From assembly GCA_023645945.1 (NCBI GenBank), contig JALAIB010000046.1, forward strand, positions 1 through 41,641: a DNA stretch of 41,641 nt, in the 5' to 3' direction. Source of the DNA: Diploschistes diacapsis. Its lineage: Eukaryota. Position 1 is the stretch's first letter. Each line of letters starts with the position of its first letter. Under the pieces are notes generated by a model. It did not search any database and was not told the DNA's origin. It was given only the letters and a program-made list of their open reading frames with translations. Position numbers and translations under genes: made by a program. Below are positions 1 through 11,771 of this stretch, piece after piece.

Positions 1-300
1 CGATAATATTCTTTAATTTTAAATAATAGAATATTATTAATTAAGCGTTCTTCCACGTGACGTAATCGTTACTCCGACTCAATAATTTCGAAAAATTATC
101 GATCTTAAAATTAATTCGAGAAACGTTATTTATTTTTATAACAAATATCTTATCCTCGATAAGCTTATTGAGAGTAATTATAAATTATCTTTAAATTCTT
201 AAAAAAGAATAATAAAAAATTAGTTTTAAAAGAACTAAGATGCTAGTATAAAGAAGAAGATATTTAATGGTTTTAAGGAATCATTCCAAAAAGGAAATCT
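1..300. other. AT-rich, RIP-like degraded sequence (probable transposon relic), open at the window edge
   Basis: Very AT-rich, with abundant TpA and few CpA/TpG while CpG is retained (cgata, ttcg, atcg). No ORF. Confidence 0.55.
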
Positions 301-928
301 AGTACCCAAAAGTATCTCAACAAAGAACAAAAGCAAAAGCAAAGTACGGCTAGAGCGCCGGGCTCATAACCTGTCAGTTATATGTTGGTGGAGAAGAAGG
401 ATTGTATTGCTCTGCAAGAGATGTCTGTAAGCGGATTATATACATTCTGTATGACTAATCATGTCCCCCTGCTCCTGCTCCTTCTCACAGAGCGTCCTGC
501 CGCGGACAGGGATGAGCATGGTTCTAGATGCAGTAGGGATTGCATAAGCTGATGGTGATTTCCCCTGACGACGAACGGCAGTTCTGATTACAAGGCTGTA
601 AGGAGAAAGCGCTGCAGTCTTACCCTTCATCTACTATATCCACGTCGGTGCGGCTTTATCGTGTAGTGACCACAAAAGCTGATGGCTGGCTTCAGGTACA
701 TGGGGCGGCACCAACTGAACCTTACTGTAACGGGGGACTTCCTCCATGGGTCAGCATTCCTCCGACCTGTATTCTCCCGTGGTCTACCATGTTAATCGTT
801 AACCTGGTAAGCTGATAACCTGCCTAGACTTTAGCGCCATGATTTTCCTACCGAAAACGCTAACGGTTGATTCGTCGGATTTTACAGCCCATATGAGAGA
901 ACTGAGACTTGTAAGAATTAAACGTAGG

Positions 929-1535
929 CAATTGAGGCGTGTATGCCGCCCCTTGCTCCGTGCTTTGCGCACCGGTCCAAGTAAACAGCTGCAAGTTCCC
1001 ATCACTCGGCAATTAAGGTGTGCATACCGTTAAACGTAATTAAGGCGTGTATACCATTAAACCTAAATAATTAAAGCGTGTATACCACTTTTTGCTCCGT
1101 GCTTACGCTTCGGTTTAAACAAATAACTATAAGTTCCTATTACCCGGTAATTAAGGCGTATATAACCGTTCTTTATTTCGTGTTTACGTATCGGTCTAAA
1201 TAAATGACTATAAGTTCTTATTATTCGATAATCAAGGCGTGTATACCGTTTCTTATTCCGTTTTTACTCGTCGGTTTAAATAAATAACTATAAGTTCCTA
1301 TTATTCGGTAATTAAGGCGTGTATGCCGTTAAACGTAAAACAATTGACGCGTGTATGTCGCTTCTTGCTCCGTGTTTGCGCACCGGTCCAAGCAAACAGC
1401 TGTAAGTTCCCATTACTCGGTAATTAAGGCGTGTATGCCGTTAAACGTAAAACAATTGACGCGTGTATGTCGCTTCTTGCTCCGTGCTTGCGCACCGGCC
1501 CAAGCAAACAGCTGCAAGTTCCCATCACTCGGCAA
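929..1535. repeat. Composite tandem repeat: six ~80-bp units interspersed with four ~30-bp units sharing the same 5' ~20 bp; RIP-mutated
   Basis: Long unit approximates caattga(g/c)gcgtgtatg(c/t)cgcttcttgctccgtgcttgcgcaccggtccaagcaaacagctgcaagttcccatcactcgg, starting at ~929, 1068, 1148, 1229, 1341 and 1453. Short unit (c/t)aattaaggcgtgtatgccgttaaacgt(aaaa) at ~1010, 1038, 1309 and 1421. Segments 1309-1420 and 1421-1532 differ by only four C/T changes. Confidence 0.95.
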
Positions 1536-2287
1536 TAGAACAATCGGCGATCAAATATCAAGCCAGCCCCATGTTTTGAGGGCGCAGCATTGATGTGGCG
1601 CTGACTTATCTGGCTTTTATAGGACAGCCTGGATGTCACAAGGCCCAAGTTGAGAAAATGCACATATGTTTTCTCTCGTCCCTTTTCTAGATTCAGGTCT
1701 GTATTCCCGCGTGTAACCCCACCAGAACTGATCTTTCGCTGTATGCGCGAGTTCGGGAAAACAGAGTGCAGATAGGAGCCTTAGTCTTCTTCGCTGCAAT
1801 GATGCTCGCAAGTGAGGTCATGTTTTGTTTCCGAAGCTGGATCATGTCTCGATATTATTGGGCGCTGGCTCCTATCTTGAGATTGGTGACCCTGCATGTA
1901 CTGTACAAACGAGGTCATACTATTCCGAGCAAGGGAGCTTTGATATGTGGCAGGGCTTCGTGATTACCAGGCCATGGATATGCGAGCATCCAGACGAAGC
2001 TCCAATAGGGGTTTCGGGGTTCACTGAAAATGACTAACCATATTTAGAAACTCAATGAGTTGGCTTTTGAGCGGCACTCCGACGGTTTGTTTAACTCCAG
2101 ATAAGCTATCTAACTATACGTAGGAGATACAATCAATATAAACCTATCAAATCATAAGTGTGGGAGAAACCCCCACTTTCATACCTTCCCCTCCGTTCAA
2201 TAAGCACCGTAGCATGAGGGAGATATCTTGATAAAAATGTATAATTACCGTGGGGCCTTGTGACGGTAAAGGCCTTCCGTTTTCCAC

Positions 2288-3695
2288 TTAGCGGCCAGAG
2301 TACTCCAGTGCAATTGTGTTCGAAACGTGGACTCCCTTCGGACTAGAGTTAGGAAGCTCAATATTATCGGTGAAAACTCTGGTGCTTGACTTCGCATCCT
2401 CGTCGGAGCGTTCCCAACCGCAAAATTCCTGAGGCTTTGAGCGGAGAGCCTCTGTATAATAGATATCTGTGCTGCCATCGAGCTTCGACGGCCGAGAAGG
2501 CGTCGAGAATACCCTTGAGAAAGCGGTGAAAAAAGAAGATGTCCACTTGGTAAAGCGTGCTAGAAGAGCATTGTCACGGATCAATGGACCATATGTAGGT
2601 AAGCAAGCGACTATAACAGAGACACAGGGTTCGATGCGGTCCCATAGATAAACGGAAGTGACAACCGCTATCATCAGGATTAGAGACTCCTATAACTTCA
2701 TACAGTATAACAGGGAAGTAGAGCTTACAATAGCGGGCGTCACCAGTGGAATCGATAGCGCTGTTGATCTCTTCATAACCTTTTGGCCACACTAGCTGTT
2801 GCTTTGCGCCTGTATGCACGAAGTTTTACCTCCAACCTCAGCCAACGGCTCGCAGCTGGTGATTACACGATTCTGGCTTCTCTCGTACGGCATCATCACT
2901 CTAAGTCTCTGTTCCTTGCTAATCTTTTTAGGCGTTCGTCTGGGGTCAGCTTGTTATCGCCATAATCTGTGGTGCTGTTTGAGGAGTTGATAATTCGGCC
3001 TTGGATCCATACACTGCCGCCTCTTGGTTTGTCAAGGTCAACAACTTATTGGATCTTGTTCTGGCGGTGATGTTGAGAGCTTACTTTTACCTAGATTCTG
3101 TGGTGCGAGCCGTTTCTTCTTACACCAGCTCTTGTACTGGTGAAGGTCTCCATTGTGCTGTTTTACCGTCGCATCTTCACAGGAAATGGAACCCTGCTGT
3201 GGTTTCGTACCTTGTGCTATATCACAATTACTCTGATCAGTCTATGGGGCTTTACAAATCTCCTTGTACGTCGGGGGAAACCAGAGAGAACCTGCTTTCC
3301 AAGGATCAACTAATGTCTGCCGTGCTAGGTCCAAGTTAATATGGCTCGACCTATCTGGAAAGTCTGGGACATTAGCGGAAACTACGTTACAATGGATTAT
3401 AGCACATTTGCGCTCGTCTCGGTAGGCTTCAGTATGCTATTCGACGTTCTGACCTTCTCCCTGCCTCTCCCGGTAGTCCAGAGACTCAGGCTGAAAACAA
3501 AACAAAAGTTCTTAATTATCGCTGTCTTTTGGCTTGGTTTCTTGTGAGTCTCGTTCTCTATGGTTTCGATACCCGTCGGACTAAAGACTGCTTCAGTTGT
3601 TGTGTTACCAGTGCCATTCGATTCTATTATACCACCAAGATAGAAGTAACGACAAGAATAGTGGCGGTGATCATAGAAGGATCTGGATAATTCAT
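2288..3695 (-). pseudogene. PTH11-like (rhodopsin-domain) integral membrane protein gene, disrupted by an internal inversion (~2779-3626) and a premature stop
   Basis: N-terminus MNYPDPSMITATILVVTSILVV on the - strand from ATG 3695. Middle exons on the + strand (LATLAVALRLYAR, LVKVSIVLFYRRIF, FDVLTFSLPLPVV, CCVTSAIRFYY) with GT-AG introns. C-terminus on the - strand (EEINSAID...WDRIEPCVSVIVACLPTYGPL...) to stop 2288. In-frame TGA at 2980-2982. Confidence 0.9.
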
Positions 3696-4379
3696 CGCAG
3701 CGCTCGAGCCACTTCCTGACCCAGAGGACCCGGATGAAGAAGATCCGGGGGACATGATCGAACAATATCAGCCCAGCCAAGACACCGTGAGAAAGTATGA
3801 GATTGAAGTGAAACTCGATCTCCTCGATGAGCCTCTGGGGACGGAGTTGTGAAGAGAGTAAGCGACTTATCAAGGCTTGCTCTTTAAACGGTCTCTGATC
3901 TCGATCTGATATACCAACTGTAAGAAAACGAATGAAGGGGGCGTAGAAGTCGACATGTGTATCTTCCAGCAAGCCACGGCAAGTAAAAAGCACAAGAAAA
4001 GTATGCAATGACACCCATCTTCTACGCCACGCACGGCAGTAAGAGATATATATATTTTCAGCCCCGATGATAGGCACATCGCGATTGGTTGTTGTCGAAT
4101 GTCCGAGCTTATCCCTTCGCTTACCGCCCAGCTTTGAGACATAAGTTGTTTGCTTATTATGCACATCCAGTTACTGTCTGAACTCATCACTTCATTTTCT
4201 TTCGTTCTAATAAAGGCTTTGGCTTTCTAGGCGTGTCCACTGACCGTTGCACTGCCTTTTGACGGTAGCATACGTCTTCGAACCTCGGATAAGCGGAGAA
4301 TAGGCTTAACGTCCCAGGAGGTGCGACATCCTGCTCAACTTTTATTCTTCGGATTGAGCGAAGCAAAATTCCGTTCAGC

Positions 4380-6335
4380 ATGCCATTCATCTTGCCTGTT
4401 ACTATCATAGCCTCAGTTTGTGTCTACTCGATTCTTCAACTTTTTCGTCTGAGGCGAAACATCCGCAAGGCCAAATCCACGGGATTCAGATATGTAGTGC
4501 TTCCAGTGCATATGCTCAGTATTCCATGGGCCATCACTCGAAAACTCCTTCTTCCGGTATTAGATCTCCTTCCTAGATCCTGGACAGAGGGATGGGTTCC
4601 GTACGTAATCCTTGGCCATCTTTCACACTAGATACTAAGAGTTACAAAGCTTGATAGTGCTGGAACGTGGATGGAGCGAGGGACACAACCCCTTCAAGAA
4701 GATCGGATCTGATATATTCGTCGCAGTGTCTCCTTCTCAAAATATTTTGTTCTCCAGTAACGCTGAAGCATCACACCAATTTCTAATGAAGACGAACCAA
4801 TTTTCCAAGCCGGTGGACCTTCTCCAGATCTTGAACATCTTCGGGCCCACGATAACGGGAACAGATGGCCCAGAAACGCAGCTCTATCGTCGAGTAACTT
4901 CGCCGTTCTTCAATAACGGCACCATGTCAACCGTATGGACAAAGAGCATTGAGAGTACCGCCTCGTTACTGGAAGTGCTCGAAGAGATGGATACCCCTAT
5001 GGATAAGCAGATGAGACCGATCTTGGCAAGGTTGACTCTCCATATTTTAAACGCAGCATCTTTCGAGGACAGCTTCAGATTGTCGTGACGAACTCAGATT
5101 TATAGAAAAACCAGCTCAGGGGTTTGAACTTAGCTATCCCAGCGCTATTCATTCTGTCTTGGATAACTTTGCAACGATCTTTTTAACTCCGTCGCTTGTA
5201 TTGAGTGTGTATCCCAGTTCTGGTTCTTGATTTGCTGTTAATCGGTACTCAAAGAAAATTCCTTTATCGAGTCCCACAAAGCAGCACGAACCTGTTACAA
5301 CGACCTTTCTAAATACCTAAGCAACCTTCGGCAGATGAAGCAATCTCAGTTACAAAGACAAAAGATACCCTCTCAGGCTTCTTCTCTATTAGGTGAGTAG
5401 GGCCTGTAACGACGTTCGAGGTACCTTGTTGTTGACTTGCTCCTTTCCTAGACCATATAGTCCGGGCTGGGGAACCGAATACATCGGGAACTGCCGCCAT
5501 TCTTTCGGAACAAGCTGTAATGGGTAACATGTTCATTTTCATGTCCGGCGAACATGAAGCTTCGGCAAACACAATCCAATTCATCTTCCTACTGCTTGCA
5601 TGCCTTCCGTCTGTGCAGAGGTCTGTGCAAGCTGATATTGATCGAATCCTTGCTAGGAGTTCCAAAACTGCAGACCAGACGTCGTTCGAACAACAATACG
5701 AGGATTTCTTTGAGAGCATGGTGGGCGCTGTTGTCAACGAGGCTCTACGTCTCTTTACCGTGCTGCCTTTCATTTTGAAAGCAACACCGAGAAAGGAGTC
5801 TCAGACAATCACAGTCGATGGCAGAAGCCACGTCATTCCACCCGATACCGTTATACTAATGAATACTTCCGCAACACACCGTAATCCAAGATACTGGGTT
5901 GAGCCCTCCACTAAAGATCTGATGGGTCCGGCTCCCCATGTTCTTGCGGCCTTTAACCCATGGATGTGGTTAGACGGCCGTAGATGTCCAGGTAACGAAG
6001 ATCGGAAGTCTGGCTTTCTCAAGCCCCAGCCCGGAACCTTTCTCCCCTTCTCGGACGGATCAAGGGGATGCCTGGGTACCAAGTTCAGCCTTGTAGAACT
6101 CTGTGCAGTAGTCGTGCGGGTATTTGCTACGCATAGCGTTGAGTTGTCTGTGCGACCCAGCGACATTGAAGATGACTCCAGGGAGAGCTTTCTTAAAGGA
6201 TGGGAAAAGGCTCGGCAGCGAGCCATGCGCCAACTAGGCACCGACGGTGTAAAGTTCGAAATGAGCTTAAGGATGGAGGGAAGTGTGCCGTTGAGCTTCA
6301 CAAGGAGAGGAGAGGAGAAAGTGGTTGATGCTTGA
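4380..6335 (+). pseudogene. Cytochrome P450, probable pseudogene (one frameshift near 5070-5076)
   Basis: Exons 4380-4600, 4650-5204, 5255-5392 and 5452-6335. N-terminal membrane anchor, ExxR motif (EALR) and heme motif FSDGSRGCLG present. Exon 2 changes frame (FEDS / SDCRDELRFIEKPAQGFELSY). The I-helix reads FMSGEHEASANT rather than the usual AGHET-type motif. Confidence 0.85.
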
Positions 6336-6698
6336 CTAGTGGTCAAAGCGGAGCCTTTTCTCAGTCCGAGTCAATTAAACTGGACTTGTGAATGATGTCC
6401 TCCACGACTGTGCCATGCGGCATATTATGAAATCGCCTGAAGATACCGTACACACTCTTTTAAACGAAGATTCATAGATAAATATGCATTTGAAGGTTTT
6501 AAGAAAGGGGACTGGGCTATTGTGCGGGCTACTCGTTTTCCTAGATCGGAGATCGTGAGTGAAAACAAGAGCTCTCTTTAACACGGTATTGCTAAACAAT
6601 GAGAGCTTCTCACAACTTGGCTTACAATCCCCGTGCTGCACGATGCTCGTTCGCAGAGCACGCACATACATTTGTATAGTTTAGACTTAAGATCAGTA

Positions 6699-6836
6699 CG
6701 AGCTGCAGCAGCCAATCTCTCCCTCCGCCCCACCATGCCTTTCAATGCCATCGGTCACATCCTCCAAGAAGGCACGCTCTTCGCCATCCTATACCTCACC
6801 ATCCTCCTCCTTGCACCTGACCTGGCTGCCCTCCCT
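6699..6836 (+). repeat. Diverged duplicate of the 5'UTR and first ~30 codons of the SDR gene (other copy at 10073-10210)
   Basis: cgagctgcagcagccaa..ctccctccgcc.caccatgcct... occurs at both sites. Translations: MPFNAIGHILQEGTLFAILYLT (ATG 6735) versus MPLHAIGHIIREGSLSAIPYLT (ATG 10110). Confidence 0.9.
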
Positions 6837-7094
6837 CGATCACGCGCCAGGCTCAAAAAGCTTGAGTAGCCCGGGGATGAGGCGACTATGGGAAAGAACA
6901 GAGTCCACTGAGTTGGAGCTACTAACCATTGTCTACTAGGGGTTTCACTATCTATACAAGCTTTACTAGTTCCTTCCGCAATGCATCCCATCGTCACATC
7001 TGTATGAAATACTAACTGCTATAGTCAAGGTATCTTGCGAGCATCGGCGGGTAGAATCAGCGACGGTTCTTAAGTTATCGATCGAACTCTTCCA

Positions 7095-9882
7095 TTAGAT
7101 GCCTCTCGCCGCCATCGCCCCTTTCGAAGCCTGGTGAAACGAGACAACATGCTCCGGGCCCAGCATCAACGAGTGGAAGCCATCACACTCACGAAAACGA
7201 GGGGCCTCTCCGACAAACTCAGACCACCGACTCAGGTGCTTATCCATCCATTCCCGTCTGGTGCGTGCAACTTGCTGGAGCGGCGTGACCTAGAAAATAT
7301 CCACTTTTTTTGACCGTTCCCTTGGGACTCCACTCCTTTCCCGCTCGTCTAAAAGCATCCGTGACCTCCACCAGCTTCTGTAGACGTGTCATGTTAAGTT
7401 CTAACTGTCGAAGCTTGTCTTGCGGCGCGCCTGCGAGAATGAAATCCACCGCTTCTTCATGCGATTACTTACGCAGATCGGTTTGCAGCACCATGGAATA
7501 ATTTTCGTTAATCAGCTCGAGGAAATAAGCGACATTGACTAGGAGGACATCCACCCAGTCGAGATGCTGGATCAGCTCTGCGATGTAGGGTGGGGAATCA
7601 AAGAGGCCTAGGAATGCTACTTCATTTTGGTTGGCTTCTGGGCGCTTGGCGATCTCGAAGGCAACGGTCGTTCCTAGAGAGTAACCTGCGATTGTGTAGG
7701 GCCGTTGCGGTTGGTACGCTTTGATATGATTTACGTAACATTCGGCCATCTCCTCGACTGTGGTGAAGTAGTCGATTTCATTCAAACCAGTGTCCAGTCC
7801 TTTCATTCTGAGGCCGTAAACGGTACGTTGCATGAAGAGTTCAGCAAGAGGAATAAATATAAGCACATCGTCCGAACCAGGGTGAATAAGCCATAGCGGA
7901 GCTTTCCGGCTGTCTGGATTATGTTGTAGAGGCACGACTGGATGACATTGCTCATGAGAATTCTGGCCAAGCTTTTCTATCTCGTGGGCAATCCCAAGTA
8001 TTATCGGACTAGTCAGCAAGATGCCAATTGGAATCGGTTTGTCGATGCCAAAATCCCGCTCGATGCGATGCTTGAAAGCAAATAATTCCACAGAGGTCAC
8101 TCCGAAGTCGAACACGCTATCATTGACTCCAAGCCCTTCTTCGGCTATTCCTACTACCTCTTGTAAAGCAGAAAATATCTTGCGCTCAGTCGAAGTTGCC
8201 GCAGATGCACGTGGTTGGGATTTTATCTCCTTAATCGAAGGGTTCTTTGAATCCTCGTCTTGCTCATACTTTACTTGCTCGAATGATGCCTTAACAACTG
8301 CTCTGGAAATCTTACCAATGATAACTTGTTAAGCAGCTGGTCCGGTAAGGGATAATGTGCTTCGGCCTTGCGAATATGACAGCACCAGCCACGAGAGTGA
8401 TCGATCTGGCTCTCTTGATTGGGGTTGTCACCTGCTCCAGCGCAAAGGTCGGAAGATACACGACGCAGGGTTCTTCCGTGGGAGCATGGTTCAGCCTAGA
8501 GGAGAAGACAACCGTCCATGATGAAGTCGGTCCGGTGATGTTCGCAATATCTAGGGCTGATTCGATGTTGTTTGGAGAACATTGCACACAATTCAAGTTG
8601 ATTGATCCCTACTCCCGTCCTGCAATATTCATGTTTCATTGTGCATCGAAAAATGCTCTATCACCAGTCTTGAACCAACTATCGTGTGTGAAAGCCGACG
8701 GGGCCGCCTTTTGGTTGTTGAAGTAGCCTTAAAAGACTTGATCACCAGCAAGCTGCAGCTCTCCGATCTCCCAGTAGCTGCTGGTTTGACTTCTGAGTTC
8801 ATCACTCGCAACTGCATACCAGCTATTGGCCTGCCTAGAGAAGCGAATACATATCTTTGAGTCACGTCGTAAAATGGACACTCTTTCCTATAGATGCAGC
8901 CCGCATAGGTCTCGGTCATGCCAAACCCGGGACGAACGACGTTCTGGAGATTATGCAGAGGAAAAATTCCGGACAATCATACTATAGTCTCCACCAGATT
9001 AGATTCGCCACCTGATATGAGATGTCTTAGGCAGCGAATATTAAACACAGCGTTGGTTTGATCCAAACTTCGAACACTGCGTAGCAGTTTCGCCAAATAG
9101 AACTGTGGTGCGAAGCTGTAGGTGACACGATGGAGCTCGATAAGTCGGAAAAGTCTCAGGGGATCCGCAATCAATGGTAAGGCCGGTATATGAACCATCG
9201 GGGCACAAAGATACATGGCGTGAATATGGAGTTCCATTAGACTGGCAATATGACCGAATCCGATCCAGCTGAGAAAAACATTCCCGGAGCCTGGACCGAA
9301 GTACGCACTCTTACTCCGAACAGAAGCAATCATCTGTCTTTAGAGCTCCCTGAGCTTCCTGATGTCAGCATTAGTATTGCAGGCTCAGACTTGCTTGTGT
9401 TTCGATCGGGAAATTTGAGGTCTTTTCTGCTAATGCTCGATAGGTCCACGTCTTCCACAAACATCAACGCGGCGTTCTCAACTCCATCAAAATCGCTTGC
9501 TTGAGTCCTTGATGGAAGAACGATTGGCTGATAGAGGGTATGCAGAACATGATTAAAATGAATACGTCGCCAGTCCAGATCGGATGGCAATGGTACAAAT
9601 ATAGCAGGCAACAGACCAGCTAAAATAGTAGCCCAGAACCGTTCAACTTTCTCTTGAAAAGATCTAAAGTATAAAGGCACGACACGCCTGGGCGTGGACA
9701 GATCCGGTAGGTGTGCAGCCTTTCCTGCGCAGTTTTGAAGAGCTCACTATAGGATAGATAGAAGTAGGGGTCTCTGATACCTCACTATACAGAGAAATTT
9801 CGCTTGAGGATGCAGCTGCACCTTCAAGAACATCAGTCTAAGTTGCTGGTTGGGGATGGTGTTCTGAATCAAGAGAACGCAT
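7095..9882 (-). pseudogene. NRPS-like A-T-TE enzyme (atromentin/aspulvinone/microperfuranone synthetase class) pseudogene
   Basis: A-domain motifs LMLTSGSSGSSK and GFGMTETYAGCIY. T-domain VFDFGVTSVELF. Thioesterase PLWLIHPG...AGYSLGTTVAFEIAK. Family-typical end AMAARGI* at 7095. The ~2.8 kb gene is split over at least six ORFs by stops and frameshifts. Confidence 0.9.
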
Positions 9883-10109
9883 CTCTCTTGTGCCTACATA
9901 ATCCGGCTTTTGAGTCGAAAACTTGAGTAAGTCTGTTCGATCAAGATCAAGGTTGGTTTGCTTAACGTTACTGGGATGTACTTTGTCTTCACTCGATGAC
10001 TAAGCATAAAGCTCGCCAATGAAATCCGACGCCATCCCAATAGCATTGTAGACATTGACTGCGAAGCTCTACGCGAGCTGCAGCAGCCAACTTCTCCCTC
10101 CGCCTCACC

Positions 10110-11497
10110 ATGCCTCTACATGCCATCGGCCACATCATCCGAGAAGGCAGCCTCTCCGCCATCCCATATCTGACGACAATTCTCCGCACCCTCCCCTGGC
10201 TCGCCTTCCTCGCCCTTCTCAAATGGTATTTCTCCGGCCGGCGCAACAAGTCCGAGCGACTGATGCGCTCCAAAGTCATCATGATAACTGTACAGCCCCC
10301 CGCCCAGTCCATTAGTCCTCCGCTCTCTCCCTATTCCCAAGCATTTCCACCAACAAGAACCCCCCCACTAAACCCTCCTCTCTCCTCTAGGGCGGCACAT
10401 CCGGCATCGGCGCCTCCCTCACTCACTCCCTCGCCGCACGGGGCGCACAGCTCATCCTGCTCACCTCGCAGCCGCCCAGCGACCCCTTTGTGGCAGACTA
10501 CATCGCCGACCTGCGCAGCTCAACGGGCAACGCCCTGATCTGGGCCGAGCACGTCGACCTGTCCTCGCTGCACAGCATCCGCCTCTTCGCCACCAAATGG
10601 ATCGACAACGCCCCGCCGCGCCGCCTGGACATGCTCGTGCTCTGTGCCGCCACCATGACGCCGCGCTTCGCGCCCGGCCCGATCCCCACGGCCGACGGCC
10701 TCGAGCCGTGCTGGGGCGTCAACTATCTCGCCAACTTCCACCTCCTCTCGATACTGAGTCCCGCGCTGCGCGCCCAGCCGGCGGACAGGGACGTCAGGGT
10801 CGTGTTCGCGACGTGCGGCGCCTATGTGGGTGGTGATGTGAGGGGCATGCGGGACGCCAAGGCGCCGCTGCCGCGGGGCCGCGAGTACGCGACGAGTAAG
10901 CTGGCGCTGATGGTGTTTGCACGGGCCTTCCAGCGGCATCTGGACGCCTACGTGCGGCCGGACAAGCAGCCGAATAATGCGCGCGTGGTGCTGGTTGATC
11001 CGGGCTTGTGCCGGACCGCGGGGATGAGGAGGTGGTTGAGCGGTGGGGGGTTGTTGGGGCTGTTGGTATATTTGGTGCTGTGGCCGCTGTGGTGGTTGGG
11101 TTTGAAGAGTGCGGAGATGGGGGCCGAGGGGTTTTTGTATGCGGCGATGGAGGCCGAACTGGGGAAGGGGGAGGGGGGCAGGTTGGTGAGGGAGTGCAGG
11201 GAGGTGCGGTGCACGAAGGCCGAGGTGGGGGATGAGAGGGTTGAGGAGGAGCTGTGGAAGTTTAGCGAGGGGCAGATTAAGGCGTTGGAGAAGGAGGGGG
11301 CGGTTAAGAGGGCGTTGGCGAAGAAGAAGGGGGAGCAGGAGACGATGAAGGGGAACGAGGAACAGGTTGGGAAGGTGCTGGGGGAGGTTCATGAGACAGC
11401 GACCAATAGGACGGAGGAGAAAGGGACTAACGGGGCAGTGGTCACAGGGAAAGAGCAAAGAGACAAAGGATCAAGAAGAAGTAGGAAGGCACGCTGA
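10110..11497 (+). CDS. Short-chain dehydrogenase/reductase, PBR1/YNL181W-like; exons 10110-10289 and 10391-11497
   Basis: Splicing restores the Rossmann motif VIMITGGTSGIGA. Other conserved segments: VDLSSLHSIRLFATKWIDNAPPRRLDM, NYLANFHLLSILSPALRAQP and YxxxK (YATSK). Frame intact. Confidence 0.9.
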
Positions 11498-11771
11498 GTT
11501 GACGTATAATTAAGCTGCATAGCGTGGCGTTTGAGGAATACTCTACGTAGCAGACCCGGACTACTAAACAAAGCAAGAATCTGGGAATCGATAACTGGGG
11601 GTTTTATTTGAGGGAGGCTTGGGCGGCCCCTTTGCATGCTCCGATGAGCTTTAATGTATATAACATAACTTTTGGTGGACTTGTGCAAAGTCATGAAAGG
11701 CTTGCAGCATCTATGTTGAAGCTCACGCAATCATGCCCACAACCAGCCAACTTGATCACCTCCAACCCACA

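Noticed and set aside
349..385. gcgccgggctcataacctg resembles the anticodon arm of initiator tRNA-Met
   Set aside because: The stem is imperfect and no acceptor stem or T arm (GTTC/GATC) follows.
929..1535. CRISPR-like alternation of a shared ~20-bp motif with intervening sequence
   Set aside because: The intervening sequences are themselves repeated, the context is eukaryotic and there are no cas genes. It is a tandem repeat.
3727..3747. Short inverted repeat cccggat-N7-atccggg upstream of the PTH11-like start
   Set aside because: A 7-bp stem can arise by chance, and a Zn2Cys6-site role cannot be supported from sequence alone.
3397..4164. 255-aa minus-strand ORF
   Set aside because: No recognisable motif. 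It crosses the inversion breakpoint and the divergent promoter region, in a different frame from the real N-terminal exon.
10520..11458. 312-aa minus-strand ORF rich in Pro/Leu/Gln/His
   Set aside because: Antisense shadow of the GC-rich SDR coding sequence.
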